Source of the DNA: the human T2T-CHM13v2.0 reference genome, Homo sapiens | DNA length: 64,000 bases | Assembly: GCF_009914755.1 (NCBI RefSeq) | Contig: NC_060931.1 | Reading direction: 5' to 3' (one strand) | Notes under the pieces: model-generated | The model's input: only the letters and a program-made list of their open reading frames with translations | Told to the model about the DNA's origin: nothing | Databases searched by the model: none | Shown: piece after piece, positions 16,430 to 32,662 of the stretch | Position numbering within the stretch: the first letter of the stretch is position 1 | Layout: the number at the start of each line of letters is the position of its first letter | Program-made: the position numbers and the translations under genes

Positions 16430-17049
16430 TGACAGGGTGCGGTGGCTCATGCCTGTAATCCCAGCACTTTGGGAGGTCAAAGCGGGTGGATCACGAGTTC
16501 AGGAGATCGAGACCGTCCTGGCTAACACGGTGAAACCCCGTCTCTACTAAAAATACAAAAAAAAAAAAAAAATTAGCTGGGCGTGGTTGCACGTACCTAT
16601 AGTCCCAGCTAGTCGGGAGGCTGAGGCAGGAGAATGGCATGAACCCAGGAGATGGAGCTTGCTGTGAGCCGAGATCACACCACTGTACTCCAGCCTGGGC
16701 AACAGAGTGAGACTCCCTCTCAAAAAATAAAAATAAAAAAGACATGGGGGCCAGGTGAGGTGGCTCATGCCTGTAATTCCAGTGCTTTTGGAGGCTGAGG
16801 CAAGATCACTTAAACCCAGGAGTTTGAGACCAACCTGGGTAACATAGCAAGACTCTATCTCTACAAAAAAACTTCTAAAAATTAGCCAGGTATGGTGATA
16901 CACACCTGTAATCCCAGCTATGCAGGAGGCTAACGTAGGAGGATCACTTGAGCCCAGGGGCTGAAGGCTGTGGTGAGCTATGCTTGTACTGCTGCACTCC
17001 AGACTGGATAAGAGAGCCAGACCTTGTCTCAAAGAAAAAAAAAAAAAAA
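16430..17049 (+). mobile_element. Tandem AluY (16430-16741) and AluJ (16749-17049) within a MER5-like MITE
   Basis: Two dimers; MER5-like flanks at ~16360 and ~17345. Confidence 0.85.
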
Positions 17050-17132
17050 GAGAGACAAGGGGCTGCTTGAGCCCTGACCCCAGAAATTCTAGTTTAACTG
17101 TCCTGGAATGATACCTAGCATTGAATTGTGGG

Positions 17133-17278
17133 TTTTTTTTTTTTTTTTTGTGGTTGTTTGTAAAGACAGGGTCTTGTTATATTGCTCTGGCTAGTCTTGA
17201 ACACCTGGCCTCAAGCAATCCTCCTGCCTTGGCCTCCCAAAGCACTGGGATTATTAGCAAAAGCCAACATGCCCAGCC
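17133..17278 (-). mobile_element. Alu monomer (FLAM-like)
   Basis: Single left arm; TSD-like cattgaatt. Confidence 0.75.
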
Positions 17279-17740
17279 CATTGAATTATTTTGAAACCAC
17301 CCGTTCCCTCCAGTGATTCTAATGTACACCTGGGTTTGCAGCCACAGCTCAAAGACAATTTTATTAATTGGTGACTGACACTCACACACCTAGCAATTGT
17401 CTTTAGTTCGCTGGCCCATCATGGGGATGACTCTGGGGATAACAAATCCTACTTAATTTCCTCATGCCTGAATCTTGGGTGGCCAACCTACCCCTTCCCC
17501 TCACTCAGCTGTGCTTGGTAAGTGGTCTTTGATAGTCATTTGTGTTTTTGGTGACCTGCAAAGGCCAGGTCAGACATGCCACCAATAGCTTTCTAATTTA
17601 TTGATCTAACAGTCTATTATTTCATTGAAGGAAGCGGTGGGCGGGCCAGGGAGACACGGCTGTGCCAGGACTGCACATTCTCCTGTTTGTGACCTTTCTA
17701 GAACCTCTCCCTCTGCTCCATGGATTGAAAAACAAAAAGG

Positions 17741-18033
17741 GGCCAGGTGTGGTGGCTCACACCTGAAATCCCAGCACTTTGGGAGGCTGAGGTGGGTGGA
17801 CCACCTGAGGTCAGGAGTTTGAGACCAGCCTGGCCAACATGGTCAAACCCCGTTTCTACTAAAAATACACAAATTAGCCAGGCGTGGTGGTGGGTGCTTG
17901 TAATCCCAGCTACTTGGGAGACTGAGGCAGGAGAATCACTTGAACCCAGGAGGTGGAGGTTGCAGCGAGGGAAGATCTCACCACTTCACTCCAGCCTGGA
18001 CAAAAGAGCAAAACTCAATTAAAAAAAAAAAAA
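17741..18033 (+). mobile_element. Alu (Sq/Sx-like)
   Basis: Full dimer with poly(A) tail. Confidence 0.9.
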
Positions 18034-19365
18034 AGGAAGAGAAAAAAAGGACAGATCCATTCACCAAAAGGACAGATCCATTCATCAAAGAGCTAAAGAA
18101 ACCTTCAGATAGTCTCCCCCATTTCTCACTTTTCCATTTCGTCTCACTGTTTCTAGAGCTCTAATCGAATTTTTACACTTCATTTATTTGTTTTTAGTTT
18201 GCTCATTCTTGTGTTTTCTTTCCTTCCTCCTCTTGAACAGCTTCCCCTCCAGGTCGAGCACCTGTGATTATGCCTCCCATGGAGACGTGCAGAGTGACAT
18301 TTAATAACAGGGGCACTTTCCTGACAGCTGTTTTGATAATGGTGGCGAGGAAGGTTCTTCTTTCATGGGTGCACTTGGCAGAGAAAGCCTCGCCTGGTAT
18401 CACAGTCTGAGATGTTCCAGGATCCACCTGTAATTTCACCTTCTCAACCTCACCTATCTACCTCCTTTTCAGAGGAGAACTATACTGAGTGACACTTACC
18501 TCCCAAGCAGAGGAGGTGCTGATTTTTCAAGCAGATCAAGGCAGATTTGGGGTTGGGAAATTAGTATTTCATTCTTCATCTGCCCTGCAGGTCACTACCA
18601 CAGAAAAACTGCTGGCTGGATTTGGAAAGATCATCCCCACAGTGGGTAACAACAATACCACTGCCTTGACCTTGATGGGGGGCTTGTTTCCAAAAGAAAT
18701 TATGCCTCCATTACAGGCCATTTTAGACCATTAGTGATGTGTTTACATTTCCACAAGAATGTTTACCTTTCCCTGCAGGGAAGGAGGTCAGTTCATTCAC
18801 GAGTTAGTAACTGTGATCAAAGCTCTCTGCTTTAGCTCAAGGAACCAACCCTTAGGTTTGGGAGTTGAATTTTGACTCACTAATTGGCTCTGCAGGTGCC
18901 TTTGTTTTTTTATTTCCACTCCCTAAGTGCCCTTGTCAGTCTCTGGCTGGCCTCCCTGGGTGCTAGAGAATTCAAAACAAGAAAAAGAGCAAAACTTTGG
19001 GGAGCAGGAAACTGAAGGTTACTCTCAAGATCCTTTTGTCAGCTGGATAAGTCACTTGATTTCTCTGTGCCTCCATTTTGGGATCATGTTGGTACCTACC
19101 TAACAGGTTCATGGGAAGGTTGGGTGAGTTAAGGCATAGACACCCTCAGCAAATGCAAGGCAGAGCGCCCTTGCTCATTAAAAGGGAGCTGCTGTTATTT
19201 CAATGCTCTTTCTTCCATCATTACAAGAGGGGACCAAAGTCCTGTCTGGATGGTCCCCCCTACCCCTGCCTACCTCAGGAGGGAATCCATAAAAAAAAAT
19301 ACAAAGAAGCATTCTGAAATCTTCAGTACCTGGGAAAATCAATAGTTGGAGGACCCCCTTGATGC

Positions 19366-19925
19366 TTTTTTTAATTTTAATTTTTTTTTTGAGATGGAGT
19401 CTTGCTCCGTCACTCAGGCTGTAGTGCAGTGGCACAATCTCCAGCTCACTGCAACCTCAGCCTCCTGGGTTCAAGTAATTCTCCTGTCTCAGCCTCCTGA
19501 GTAGCTGGGATTACAGGTGTGTGCCACCATGCCTGGCTATCTTTTGTATTTTTAGTAGAGACAGGGTTTCGCCATGTTGGCCAGGCTGGTCTTGAACTCC
19601 TGACCTCAGGTGATTCACCTGCCTCAGCCTCCCAAAGTGCTTGGATTACAGGTATGAGCCACCGTGCCCACCCCTCTTGATGCTTTTTAATCCCAACTAC
19701 AGCAAAAATCTTCCTAAGGTTTTTTTTTTTTTTTTGAGACTGGGTCTTGCTCTGTCAGGCTGAAGCGCAGTGGTGTGACCATAGCTCACTGAAGCCTCCA
19801 ACTCCTGATATCAAGTGATCCTCCTGCTTCAGCCTTCCAAGTAGCTAGGACCACAGGCATGCGCCACTGCACCCACCTAATTATTATTACTTTTTTTTTT
19901 TGTAGAGACATGGTTTCACTATATT
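19366..19925 (-). mobile_element. AluS (19366-19672) and partial AluJ (19720-19925)
   Basis: Alu consensus; the first has TSD cttgatgcttttt. Confidence 0.85.
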
Positions 19926-20319
19926 GGCAGACATGAGGTTTATTCACCATGTTGTCTTGGCCGGCTGACACCACCTTGTTAGTTACCTCATTTATGAATG
20001 GCGGTGATTATATCTGCCTTATATGGCAGTCATGGGGATTGGGTAAAGTAATCTACATTTGTGGTTTCCAAACATACTCAGGCTGCCAGGAGAGATGAAG
20101 AGTTGAAAGGAGCTTGGCAGGAAAAAAGAAGCACCTCCCTTCCCTGGCTGCCACCTGCCACTCCATCACATTACTCCAAATACATCTGGTTTGCATTATT
20201 AGTCTTCTTTGCGAGACTTTGTTTACAGAGAATGTTCTATAGCAGAAAAATAGTTTGAAAACTACTAACCAGACTGATGGTCTTTAATGACCTGGGAAGA
20301 GCAAAACTAATGTATTATG

Positions 20320-21390
20320 ATCAATTCATCCATACATTCATCAAATATGAATTGTACCTGGAGCTGTTCTAAGTACTAAAGATTATAGCCATGCAGCTGG
20401 GTGCAGTGGCTCATGCCTACAATCTCATCACTTTAGGAGGCCAAGGCAGGAGGATCACTTGAGCCCAGGAGTTTGAGGCTACAGGGAGCTATGACTGCAC
20501 CACTGCACTCCAGCCCTAGTGACAAAGCAAGACACTGTCTTTAAAAAATAAAATAAATAGATACAGCAGTGAGCACAATTATGGGGAAGACAGATAGTCA
20601 ACACACTAATAAATATATAACATGTCAAGTGCTATGAAGAAACATAAAGTGAAGTCAAAGGAATGGATGATTGATGGTGTTACTTAGCAGGGTGATTAGG
20701 AAAAAAACTTTGCTGATGAAATGGTATTTGAACACAAGCGAGGGAAAGAGGGGCTGAACCATGCAGACATCTGGTGGAAGAACATTCCAGCAAGCATAGG
20801 GAACAGAAGGAGGGCAGAGAGGGAGAAAAGAGAAGATGCATGGGCAAGATCTCATGAGACCTTGCTAGCACGGATTTCTTTCTGAATGCACTTTTTGTTC
20901 TTTAATGAGGCCAATGAGATGAGGAACTGCTAGAGGGTTTGGAACAGAGGAAGTACATGATCTCCTTTGCATTTTAGATGGATCATTCTGAATGCTGCAA
21001 GGAGACTAGACTCCATGGAGTCAAGAGTGTAAATAGGAAAGTCATTTAGGAGGTGAGGATAGAGAAGTAGAGGAGGAGGTGGTGAGCAGGGCACAGATTC
21101 AGGAAGAACTCAGAAATCAGAGCTGTAGCATTTGTTGAAGGGTTGAATATGATGTAAGAGAGAAGAGTCTAGGGTGGCTCTCAAGTTCTGGGTTAGACAA
21201 CTGGTAGAATGGGGTTGCTGAGATAAGAAGATGGGAGGTGTACATTTGGAGGAATTTTGGTGGGAAAAGAAGAATCAAGAATTCTGTTTTGGTACCTTTA
21301 AATGTGAGATGCCTCTTTGACTTAGACAGAGAGATAACCGGACAGTTGGAAATGCAAGCTTGGGGTTAGGGAAGAGACTGAGTTAGAGCT
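20320..21390 (-). mobile_element. L2 LINE fragment with an Alu monomer (20395-20556, +)
   Basis: ttcatccatacattcatcaaat tail and typical L2 3' body (atggggaagacagat; ggatcattctgaatgctg). Confidence 0.7.
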
Positions 21391-21403
21391 CAACCCATAG
21401 GCT

Positions 21404-22139
<736 letters not shown>

Positions 22140-22245
22140 GGACTTACCATGCATGAAGGCTCCTGAGTACAGGGAGCCTGGGGAAGCCTCTAGAAATGGG
22201 GACAAATGGAAAAGAGGTCTGCTAACATCACTTATCGAGGACCAC

Positions 22246-22675
22246 TTTTTTTTTTTTTTTGAGATGGAGTCTCACCCTGACACCTAGGCTGGAGTGCAGT
22301 GGCGTGATCTCAGCTCACTCCAACCTCCTCCTCCTGGGTTCAAGTGATTATCATGTCTCAACCACCCCAGTAGCTGGGACTACAGGCACCCGCCACCATG
22401 CTTGGCTAATTTTTTGTATTTTTAGTAGAGATGAGGTTTCACCATGTTAGTCAGGATGGTCTCGATCTCCTGACCTTGTGATCCTCCTGCCTCGGCCTCC
22501 CAAAGTGCTGGGATTACAAGCGTGAGCCACCGTGCCCAGCTAATTTTTGTATTTTTTGTAGAGACGGGGTCTCGTCATGTTGCCCAGGCTGGTCTTGATC
22601 TCCCGGGCTCAAGAGATCCACCCTCCTTAGCCTCCCAAAGTGTTGGGATTACAGGCATGAGCCACCACACCTGGC
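22246..22675 (-). mobile_element. Alu dimer plus adjoining older left arm
   Basis: Three Alu arms in series. Confidence 0.85.
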
Positions 22676-23115
22676 CTAGAAAACTTATTCTTGATAGGCA
22701 ACATCTAACCTCTATGATCCAGGAATGCAAAGCCAAAAGGGAAGAGGCTGAGATGAAAACACAACAAAATAAGAAGGAAACTAAACAAGATAAGGAAAAC
22801 TTGCTGAGAAATTTAAAATATCATTGGGTAAAGAGAGTGACCACTTCATTAACTATTATATTTCCAAGGCCTAACACATCATCTATAGGGTACCAACCTG
22901 TATTCCAAAAATTGCTTAGGCAAAGCACAGAAAGGTCATCACTTCATATCCTAAATATTGGAATATGCTGGGATCTGTGTAAAAATAGTCCTCTATTAGT
23001 AGGTTAACATATCTTGATTTTTCTGGTAATCTGATCATCTAATTACAAGCTATTAGGATTGGATGTAGTTGGGGAAAATAGGAACAGCTACAAAACAGAA
23101 TAAAGTTCATTAGAT

Positions 23116-24226
23116 CAGGGGTCCTCAAGCCCTGGGCCAAGGGCCGGTACCAGTCTGTGACCTGTTAGGAACTGGGCCAAAGAGCAGGAGGTGAGCAGCA
23201 GGCCAGTGAGCATGACCGCCTGAGCTCCACCTCCTGTCAGATTAAGAATAGCATTAGATTCTCATTGGAGCATTGATATGGGAGGGGGGTAGGGAAGTGC
23301 TGGGTAGAGAGGAGTGGGGTCCCTGGCAAGGGCTCCACCCTCAGGCCTGTGCCCACAGACCTATGTGAGGACAGGCATTCCTGTTTTAGCACCCAAATGT
23401 TGCATTTTCCAAAACCATTCTGGCCCACTACACCCCCCATCCTGTGCCTATAAAAACCCTGAGACCCCAGCAGGCACACACACAAGCAGTTGGACATCAA
23501 GAGGAACACACTGGCAGAAAAACGCACTGACAGATGCTGGCAGGCCATTGATGATGGAACGACACGGACACCAAGGGGAAGTCAGCAGAGGTCAGAGGAG
23601 AGCCCGGCCACTAAGCAGCCCGACTCTAGGAGAAGAGCACCTTCCCACTCTATCCCCCTTCTGGCTCCCCATCCATCTGCTGAGAGCTACTTCCCACCAT
23701 TCAATAAAGCCTTGCCCCCATCCTCCAAGCCCACTTGTGATCCAATTTTTCAGTACACTAGGGCAAGAACCCGAGATACAGAAAGCCCTCTGTCTTTGCG
23801 ATAAGGCAGAGAATATAATTGAGCTAATTAACACAAGCTGCCTGAGGATGGCTAAGCTGAAAGAGCACGTGGTAACGGATGCCCACTGGGGCTTTGGGAG
23901 CTGTAAACACTAACCCCTAGACTTGCCCGTCTGCACACTCCCCCTAGGGGTTTGAGCAGCAGGGCACTGAAAAAGTGAGCCACATCCCCATTGCATGCCC
24001 TGCGAGGTAGATAAGGAAAAACTTTTCCCATTTCAGCGTGAACCCTATTGTAAACTGTGCACGTGAGGGATCTAGGTTGTGCACTCCTTATGAGAATCTA
24101 ACTAGCCTGATGATCTGAGGTGGAACAGTTTCATCCCACTACATCCCCCCACCCCCAACCCCCATCCGTGGAAAAATTGCCTTCCATGAAACCAGCCCCT
24201 GGTGCCAAAAATGTTGGGGACCGCTG
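23116..24226 (+). mobile_element. MER1B hAT-Charlie MITE split by an LTR
   Basis: caggggtcctcaa...ttggggaccgctg termini; halves rejoin across 23274-24035. Confidence 0.85.
23274..24035 (+). mobile_element. ERV1 solo LTR (LTR1/LTR27/LTR28 group)
   Basis: TG...CA, 4-bp TSD gcat/gcgt, TATA cctataaaaa at ~23447, AATAAA at ~23703. Confidence 0.8.
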
Positions 24227-24458
24227 CCTAAAATCCTATAGAGATAATTCTGTCACTGGCCCTTATTAGGGTTATGCCCTGAAAAGCTAATAAGTTAATG
24301 GCATTTCTCCAAAGTTAGAGAATCATAGAAAGCCGTTTAAAACCATTGGGGTCAGTACTTCTTTTGGTTTGGACATATACTTACATGCCTTCCTCTTGTT
24401 CAAGATAACTCCCTGCACTATCAGTACCTTTCCATCATGTTGGTTAAAGGATATAATC

Positions 24459-25064
24459 GAACCCGACCACCGCTGGTCTTCGCTGGACACCATGAACCAC
24501 ACTGTCCAAACCTTCTTCTCTCCTGTCAACAGCGGCCAGCCCCTCAACTATGAGATGCTCAAGGAGGAGCATGAGGTGGCTGTGCCAGGGGTGCCCCACA
24601 ACCCTGCTCCCCCGACGTGATCCACATCTGCAGCGAGACCTCCATGCCCAACCATGTTGTCTGGTCCCTGTTCAACACCCTCTTCATGAACCCCTGCTGC
24701 CTGGGCTTCATAGCATTCACCTACTCCATGAAGTCTAGGGACAGGAAGATGGTTGGCGACCTGACCGGGGCCCAGGCCTATGCCTCCACCGCCAAGTGCC
24801 TGAACATCTGGGCCCTGACTTTGGGCATCCTCATGACCATTCTGCTCATCGTCATCCCAGTGTTGATCATCCAAGCCCATTGATAGATCAGGAGGCATCA
24901 CTGAGGCCAGGAGCTCTGCCCATGACCTGTATCCCATGTACTCCACCTTCCACTCCTTGCCCTGCCCCGGAGCCAAGTCCTGTATCAGCCCTTTATACTC
25001 ACACACTTTTCTACAATGGCATTCAATAAAGTGTATATGTTTCTGGTGCTGCTGCGAAAAAAAA
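24459..25064 (+). pseudogene. IFITM3P: IFITM3 processed pseudogene
   Basis: [17 protein letters not shown] from ATG 24492; intronless CD225 domain; 7-nt deletion at ~24617 gives TGA 24618-24620; AATAAA 25025; poly(A); 13-bp TSD aaaggatataatc (24446-24458, 25065-25077). Confidence 0.96.
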
Positions 25065-25448
25065 AAAGGATATAATCATTTAACAATACTTCATCCTGTT
25101 CAGAGTGTTCTCACATCCATCATGTCATCAGAGCCTCACAGCAGTCCTGAAAGGAAATAGATCAGGTGTCTGCCTGTGTCCATGCTGGAGAAGTCAGTGC
25201 AGAAAGAAAGAAAAAGATGACTGTGGCTTCCCAAGGCAGCAGGGGAAAGGATGGTAGATTCGTGCCTCTCATCATAAACCTTTGCTCCCTTTTGAGCCAC
25301 TATGAAACTTCAGAACACAGTGCCCAAATCTAACACCTGAGTCATGGAAACCTTAGTCTACAAACACATCCAGGACTTCCTCACAAGAGACTGGCTGAGA
25401 AACTGCTCAAATGACAGTTTGCAAAGATCCTTAAAAACAAATCAACAA

Positions 25449-25750
<302 letters not shown>

Positions 25751-26550
25751 AAATCAACAAAAACACAGTCAATCTCAGGTACTGTGGGGAAGGGAGGTAT
25801 AGGAGGGGTATGGAAGGGTGGTTCTAGATTGTTGATGTGTTGCATTTCTTGAGCTGAATGTTGGCACGTGGATGTGCTCAAATTGTGACAGTTCATTGAG
25901 CTATGTCCTTAAAATTGTGCACGCTTCGGTGTCAAGGTTGTGCTTCTGTAAAAATAGAGATTTTTAGAGGCACAGACACCTTACTAATTCCATGCTCACC
26001 TTTGCCTCTGTTTTTGTCTCTCGGTTTTTGCATTCTTCTTCTCTCCTTTCCCAGGGTGAATCACCCCACTTGTTAAAATTGTACTACAGCAAATGTTAGT
26101 AAATTATGTGCCTTGTGGTGGTGATGAAGTCAAATCAAACACATTTGTCACTGGAGAGATGGCCTCCAGCTGTTTCTCTGGGAAATATAATTGAATACTA
26201 ATGGAATAAACACTAGAAGTTGCCAGTTTTATTTTTACTATAGGTGCAGGCTAAAATATGAGAGAGTGAATTTCACTGAGTTTAAAATACAAACAGAATT
26301 TTAAAAATACACAATAGTTCTTCCAAAGAATTTAACATGGGTGATTTCAAAATCAATTCCTCTTACTCCATCCATAAAGAAACACAGAGGATGCTCTTAT
26401 TTACATAGTACAACTGGGTCTTTATTTTAAGCCCAAACTTACTATGTTCACTACTGATATATGAACTTACCCCTGCATTTCATATTGCATTTGCTCAATT
26501 TGCACTTTCCAAAAATACTTGTTATATTGCTTACCTTTGAGCCACACTCA

Positions 26551-26877
<327 letters not shown>

Positions 26878-27366
26878 ATACCTATATTGGACAAAAGTGA
26901 TAATGAGTTTTGAAAATATTTAAGTGACTCAAAAAGTGGATTTATGATTTAGAAGACAATGACATTGCAAATAGAAGTAAAATGTTTGTGTAAAATTTAA
27001 CACATTTTAAACATGTCTGATGACATCCTATAATACTTCTGGAACATCCTGCATGCTCTCCAAATTGAACCACAAACTTAGGTCCCACTTTGAGGATGCC
27101 TGTCATCCTAGAGAGGTGAGATACAGCAAACACAGACCCAATAAAGACACCAAGGCATTAGTGCGGTTCATTGTTATCAAGCATCTTTTGACTTTTGGTT
27201 TACCTAGTTGCAAAGGTGTGAGGTCGAGCTTCCACAATCCCTTCTTTGGACAAAGCCACTAACACAGAGAGCAGTTAAGCAACACATCCAAGCTTCCAAG
27301 ACTGAAATCCAGGTTCCCAGGACTGTTTCGTGACTGTCCATGAAGATAGTTAGAAATCACAAGGTC

Positions 27367-28017
<651 letters not shown>

Positions 28018-28469
28018 TCATGAATCACAGTGGTAGTGCAACAGGAGGCAAAATATGCTTGTATTGGGGATGCTGTCATAGACATGCACTGAATGTTGGA
28101 GGTGCAGCTGACCAAGACCCAGGACCAAACCCATCAATGATGGTAGCAGTCGTCAGAAGGAGATGCAATGGAGTAAGCAATAGGCAGTCTACATTGGGGG
28201 ACAGTCAGTATTTGCAAAGCATGACACTAGGCTATTATTATCAGAGGTCTTGCAGAAAGGCAGAGCCTTGGATCAAGAAAGTCCATCGTGATGCAGGCAA
28301 TAGGGTCTAACTTCCAGGAGAGCTACAAGTGTTCTGGATGAGGCTGAGTACTGGGCTCAGGAGACCTTGCAGGGTTCCAAGACCACCCACAGTCAGAAAT
28401 CAAACAGATTCCATTACAGGTATGTATTAAGGTGTTCACTTTTTTTAAATTAAATTTAATTTAATTTAA

Positions 28470-29652
<1,183 letters not shown>

Positions 29653-29654
<2 letters not shown>

Positions 29655-29938
29655 TCGAGTCAGGGTCTCTGTCACCCAAGCTCTGGCGTGCAGTGGTGCA
29701 ATCACAGCTCAGCTCACTGTAGCCTTGACCTCCCAGGCTCAGACGATTCTCCCACCTCAGCCTCCCACGTAGCTGGGACTATGGATATGTGCCACCACAC
29801 CTGGCTAATTTTTAATTTTTTTATAGAGACAGGGATTCGCCACATTGCCCAGGCTGGTCTTGAACTCCTGAGCTCAAGCAATACTCCCGCCTCAGCTCTC
29901 AAAGTGCTGGGATCACAAGCGTGAGCCACTGTGCCCAG
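29653..29938 (-). mobile_element. AluJ-like whose tail is replaced by the TA/CA array
   Basis: J-type dimer; no poly(T), array abuts its 3' end. Confidence 0.85.
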
Positions 29939-32339
29939 TCCTCTCTCCCATATAGTTTTGCATTTAACCTATCACATCCCCCTGCTGAGAAAGGCTTGTC
30001 CAAACAAGTCAACACCAGGAAGGGAGAGAGAGAGGAGACAAGTAATCAGTTCTTTACCCCACCACCTCTCCTGGATGACTGCTTGCCTCTTTCTCTCTGG
30101 TTAACATGAGCCTGTTCACTGAGCCACAATTTTCAGAAAAATTCAATCTCCTTGAATTAGAACCAGAGAAACACATTGTTCATCAATATTTTTTGCTCCA
30201 CAAATCAGCCTTACCTTCCCCCTTCAACCATCTTTCCATCCAAAGTTATTTTAAAATACACACAAACGGGAAAAAGCAGCCCAGCATGCATGCTAATTAC
30301 ACTGTGTTCATTTCTCCTCAAGCACAGCCTACTAACAGAATCACGTTTCACATTTGTTTCACTCTCTGTTCTATTCTGTAATGCAGTTGTTAGACTCTTG
30401 CTTGGCAGACACAGCAGAACCAACAGGATTACATACTTCACATCTGGAAATACTCCACAATCATTATAGACTAAAATCTGTGCTGGGTTTCTTCCCTCCT
30501 ATGCCAACCAGGTAAAACAAGAAAGAGAGAAGGATACATTTGCTCACCCAGAGAAGCCCCATCAGAGAAACTGCCAGGATCATGGAAATCAGATGTTCTC
30601 AGGGCCGGTGACTTATTCTGGATGTGAAACCTACATGTGGCAAGTAAGCAAAGAGAACACTTGGAAAGGCTTAGGTGATAGGCTTTTAATGCTGTCAAGG
30701 GAACCATTCAAATCCTCCAATTCGTGAGTACTATGCCAGCACATTTTTTTCTTCAAAAACTGGAGCACAACTCCAGACCCTAAATGAGGTAGAGTCATAG
30801 AGAGACTAACTAACCAACCAATACTCAAATTCGAAGAAGTCAGCTGGGCTTACTGGGGTCGTCGTTCTCACCACAGGTCTCACATAGGGCAGGTTTCTGA
30901 TTCCCGCCTCTGCACAGATTTGTGCAATGCAAGGAGTTATGGGGCCACTTGATAATGAAACCCACAAAAGTGAAATTGTCACAAGGAAGAACTTAGCATC
31001 GTGGTGCTCAACCTTTGACGTGCATCAGAATGGCTCTTTGAATGTCCGGGTGCAAACCTATCCAGTTGGAATCTTTGAGGATGGGATCCAGGTGTGCCCA
31101 ATTGTAAATGACGGCAGGCATGAGTTGGCTGTGCCCCCTCCTCTTTTCAGAACAATGGTTTTTCAGAAAATATTGATATGCAGTTTCATTTATTTTTACA
31201 TCTCACTCTACCATCTGTGATGAGTGATTTCTTTTTTGGACAGGACTTCATCACAGAAATATTCCATGGGAGGCCATCTCACTGTAGATTAAAATGTAGT
31301 GAAAAATGCAAGTGTCATATCTCCATGCCGAATCCATTAGCTCTTATTTCCAGCCCTTTCTCACCTCATCTCAACTCCAGTTGACTCACAGCCAATATAG
31401 AAAAGGCAATAGCTTTATGAAATCTAGTGTCCACATCTCAGGATTCAAATGCATAGAATATTCCCTACCAAAAAGGAGCCAAGATTGTACAATCCTTATA
31501 AAATATGTGCACGTGGACCCAAGCCAGATGCAAATCATGACCTGGCCCTTTTTGGAGAGCTGGCTTTGGTGCAGGGAAAAGAGCCCAAGCCCGAGAGTTC
31601 AAAGACCCAAAGCCATTTCTGTTTTCACCACTTAACAGCTTTAGGGCTCTGGGCAAAGCAACCTCCTCTGAAAGCCTCAGCATCTTCAACTTGAAACAGG
31701 GTTGTAATAAAAGTGTATAGTTTTCCATATAAAGACAAGGTCCTGCTATGTTGCCCAGGCTGGTCTCAAACTCCTGGCCTTAAGTTAATATTCATGCACT
31801 CATCTTCCCTCCCTATCTTCACCTTCTAATCTGCTCCATCCTCAGACTAGAAGCCTCACCAGGAGCACTGGAAGAACTTGTGGATGAGACAGAGCTTCAC
31901 CCTTGGTTGGTGCTGCTTTGCTCTTAACTGTTCCTTGACCCAGTTTTGTGACATTACTTCTGCTCTCTATGGCAAGCCTTGCTGGCTCTGACTGTGGCTA
32001 TTCGATCCCCCTCCTGACAATCTCAGATCTGAACTGGTGCAGGAAGGAGAACTAACTCCCTCCAGGCCTTGCTCTGACATTCAGCCTCAGTTTCCCGTCA
32101 CCTAGGTGCCTCTGCCCCCACTTCTAGGAGCATATTCTGATACCTAGGCTTGCATCTTGTTCACCCAAACCAGGATCTACCCGGAGTCTCACCTTTTCAT
32201 TTGTTTTCTGTTTTAGTCCAGCTCCTAGTCACCCATTTAGCACTCTAATTCTCATCTCGGACTGAAGCGCTAACCTTCAATCCCAACCCAGTCAGTGAGT
32301 GACTCAGCCTGTTGCCTATGGAAAAGCCTTTTTCATTTA

Positions 32340-32662
32340 TTTACTTTTTGTTTGTTTTGTTTTTTAGAGGCACAGTCCTGCTCTGTCACTCAGGCTAGAG
32401 TGCAGCACAGCACTCAGGCTAGGTATGATCATAGCTCACTGCAGAGTCCACCTCCTGGGCTCAAGCAAGCCTCCCACCTCAGTCTCCTGAGTAACTGAGA
32501 ACACAGGCATGTGCCATTGTGCCCAACTAATGTTTTTTATTTTTTGAAGAGACAGGATCTTGCCATGTTGCCCAGGCTGGTCTCAAATTCCTGGCCTCAA
32601 GTGATCTTCCTGCCTTGGCTTCCCAAAGTGCTGGGATTACAGGCATGAGCCACCATACCCAG
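32340..32662 (-). mobile_element. AluJ-like
   Basis: Dimer with a short internal duplication (cactcaggctag x2). Confidence 0.85.

Noticed and set aside
16491-17032. Alu-derived ORFs here and throughout (LECSG, PASAS, WEAEAG peptides)
   Set aside because: Standard Alu translation products
18045-18090. 21-bp direct repeat aaaaggacagatccattca(c/t)c x2
   Set aside because: Simple tandem slippage beside an Alu tail
18203-18734. Unique segment with short ORFs on both strands and a minus-strand GTAAGT donor near 18500
   Set aside because: No recognisable peptide and no consistent exon chain could be built
23314-23913. 199-aa ORF
   Set aside because: Entirely within an LTR; no recognisable domain
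30927-31220. 97-aa ORF with a possible donor
   Set aside because: Overlaps a MER5-like fragment; no homology recognised
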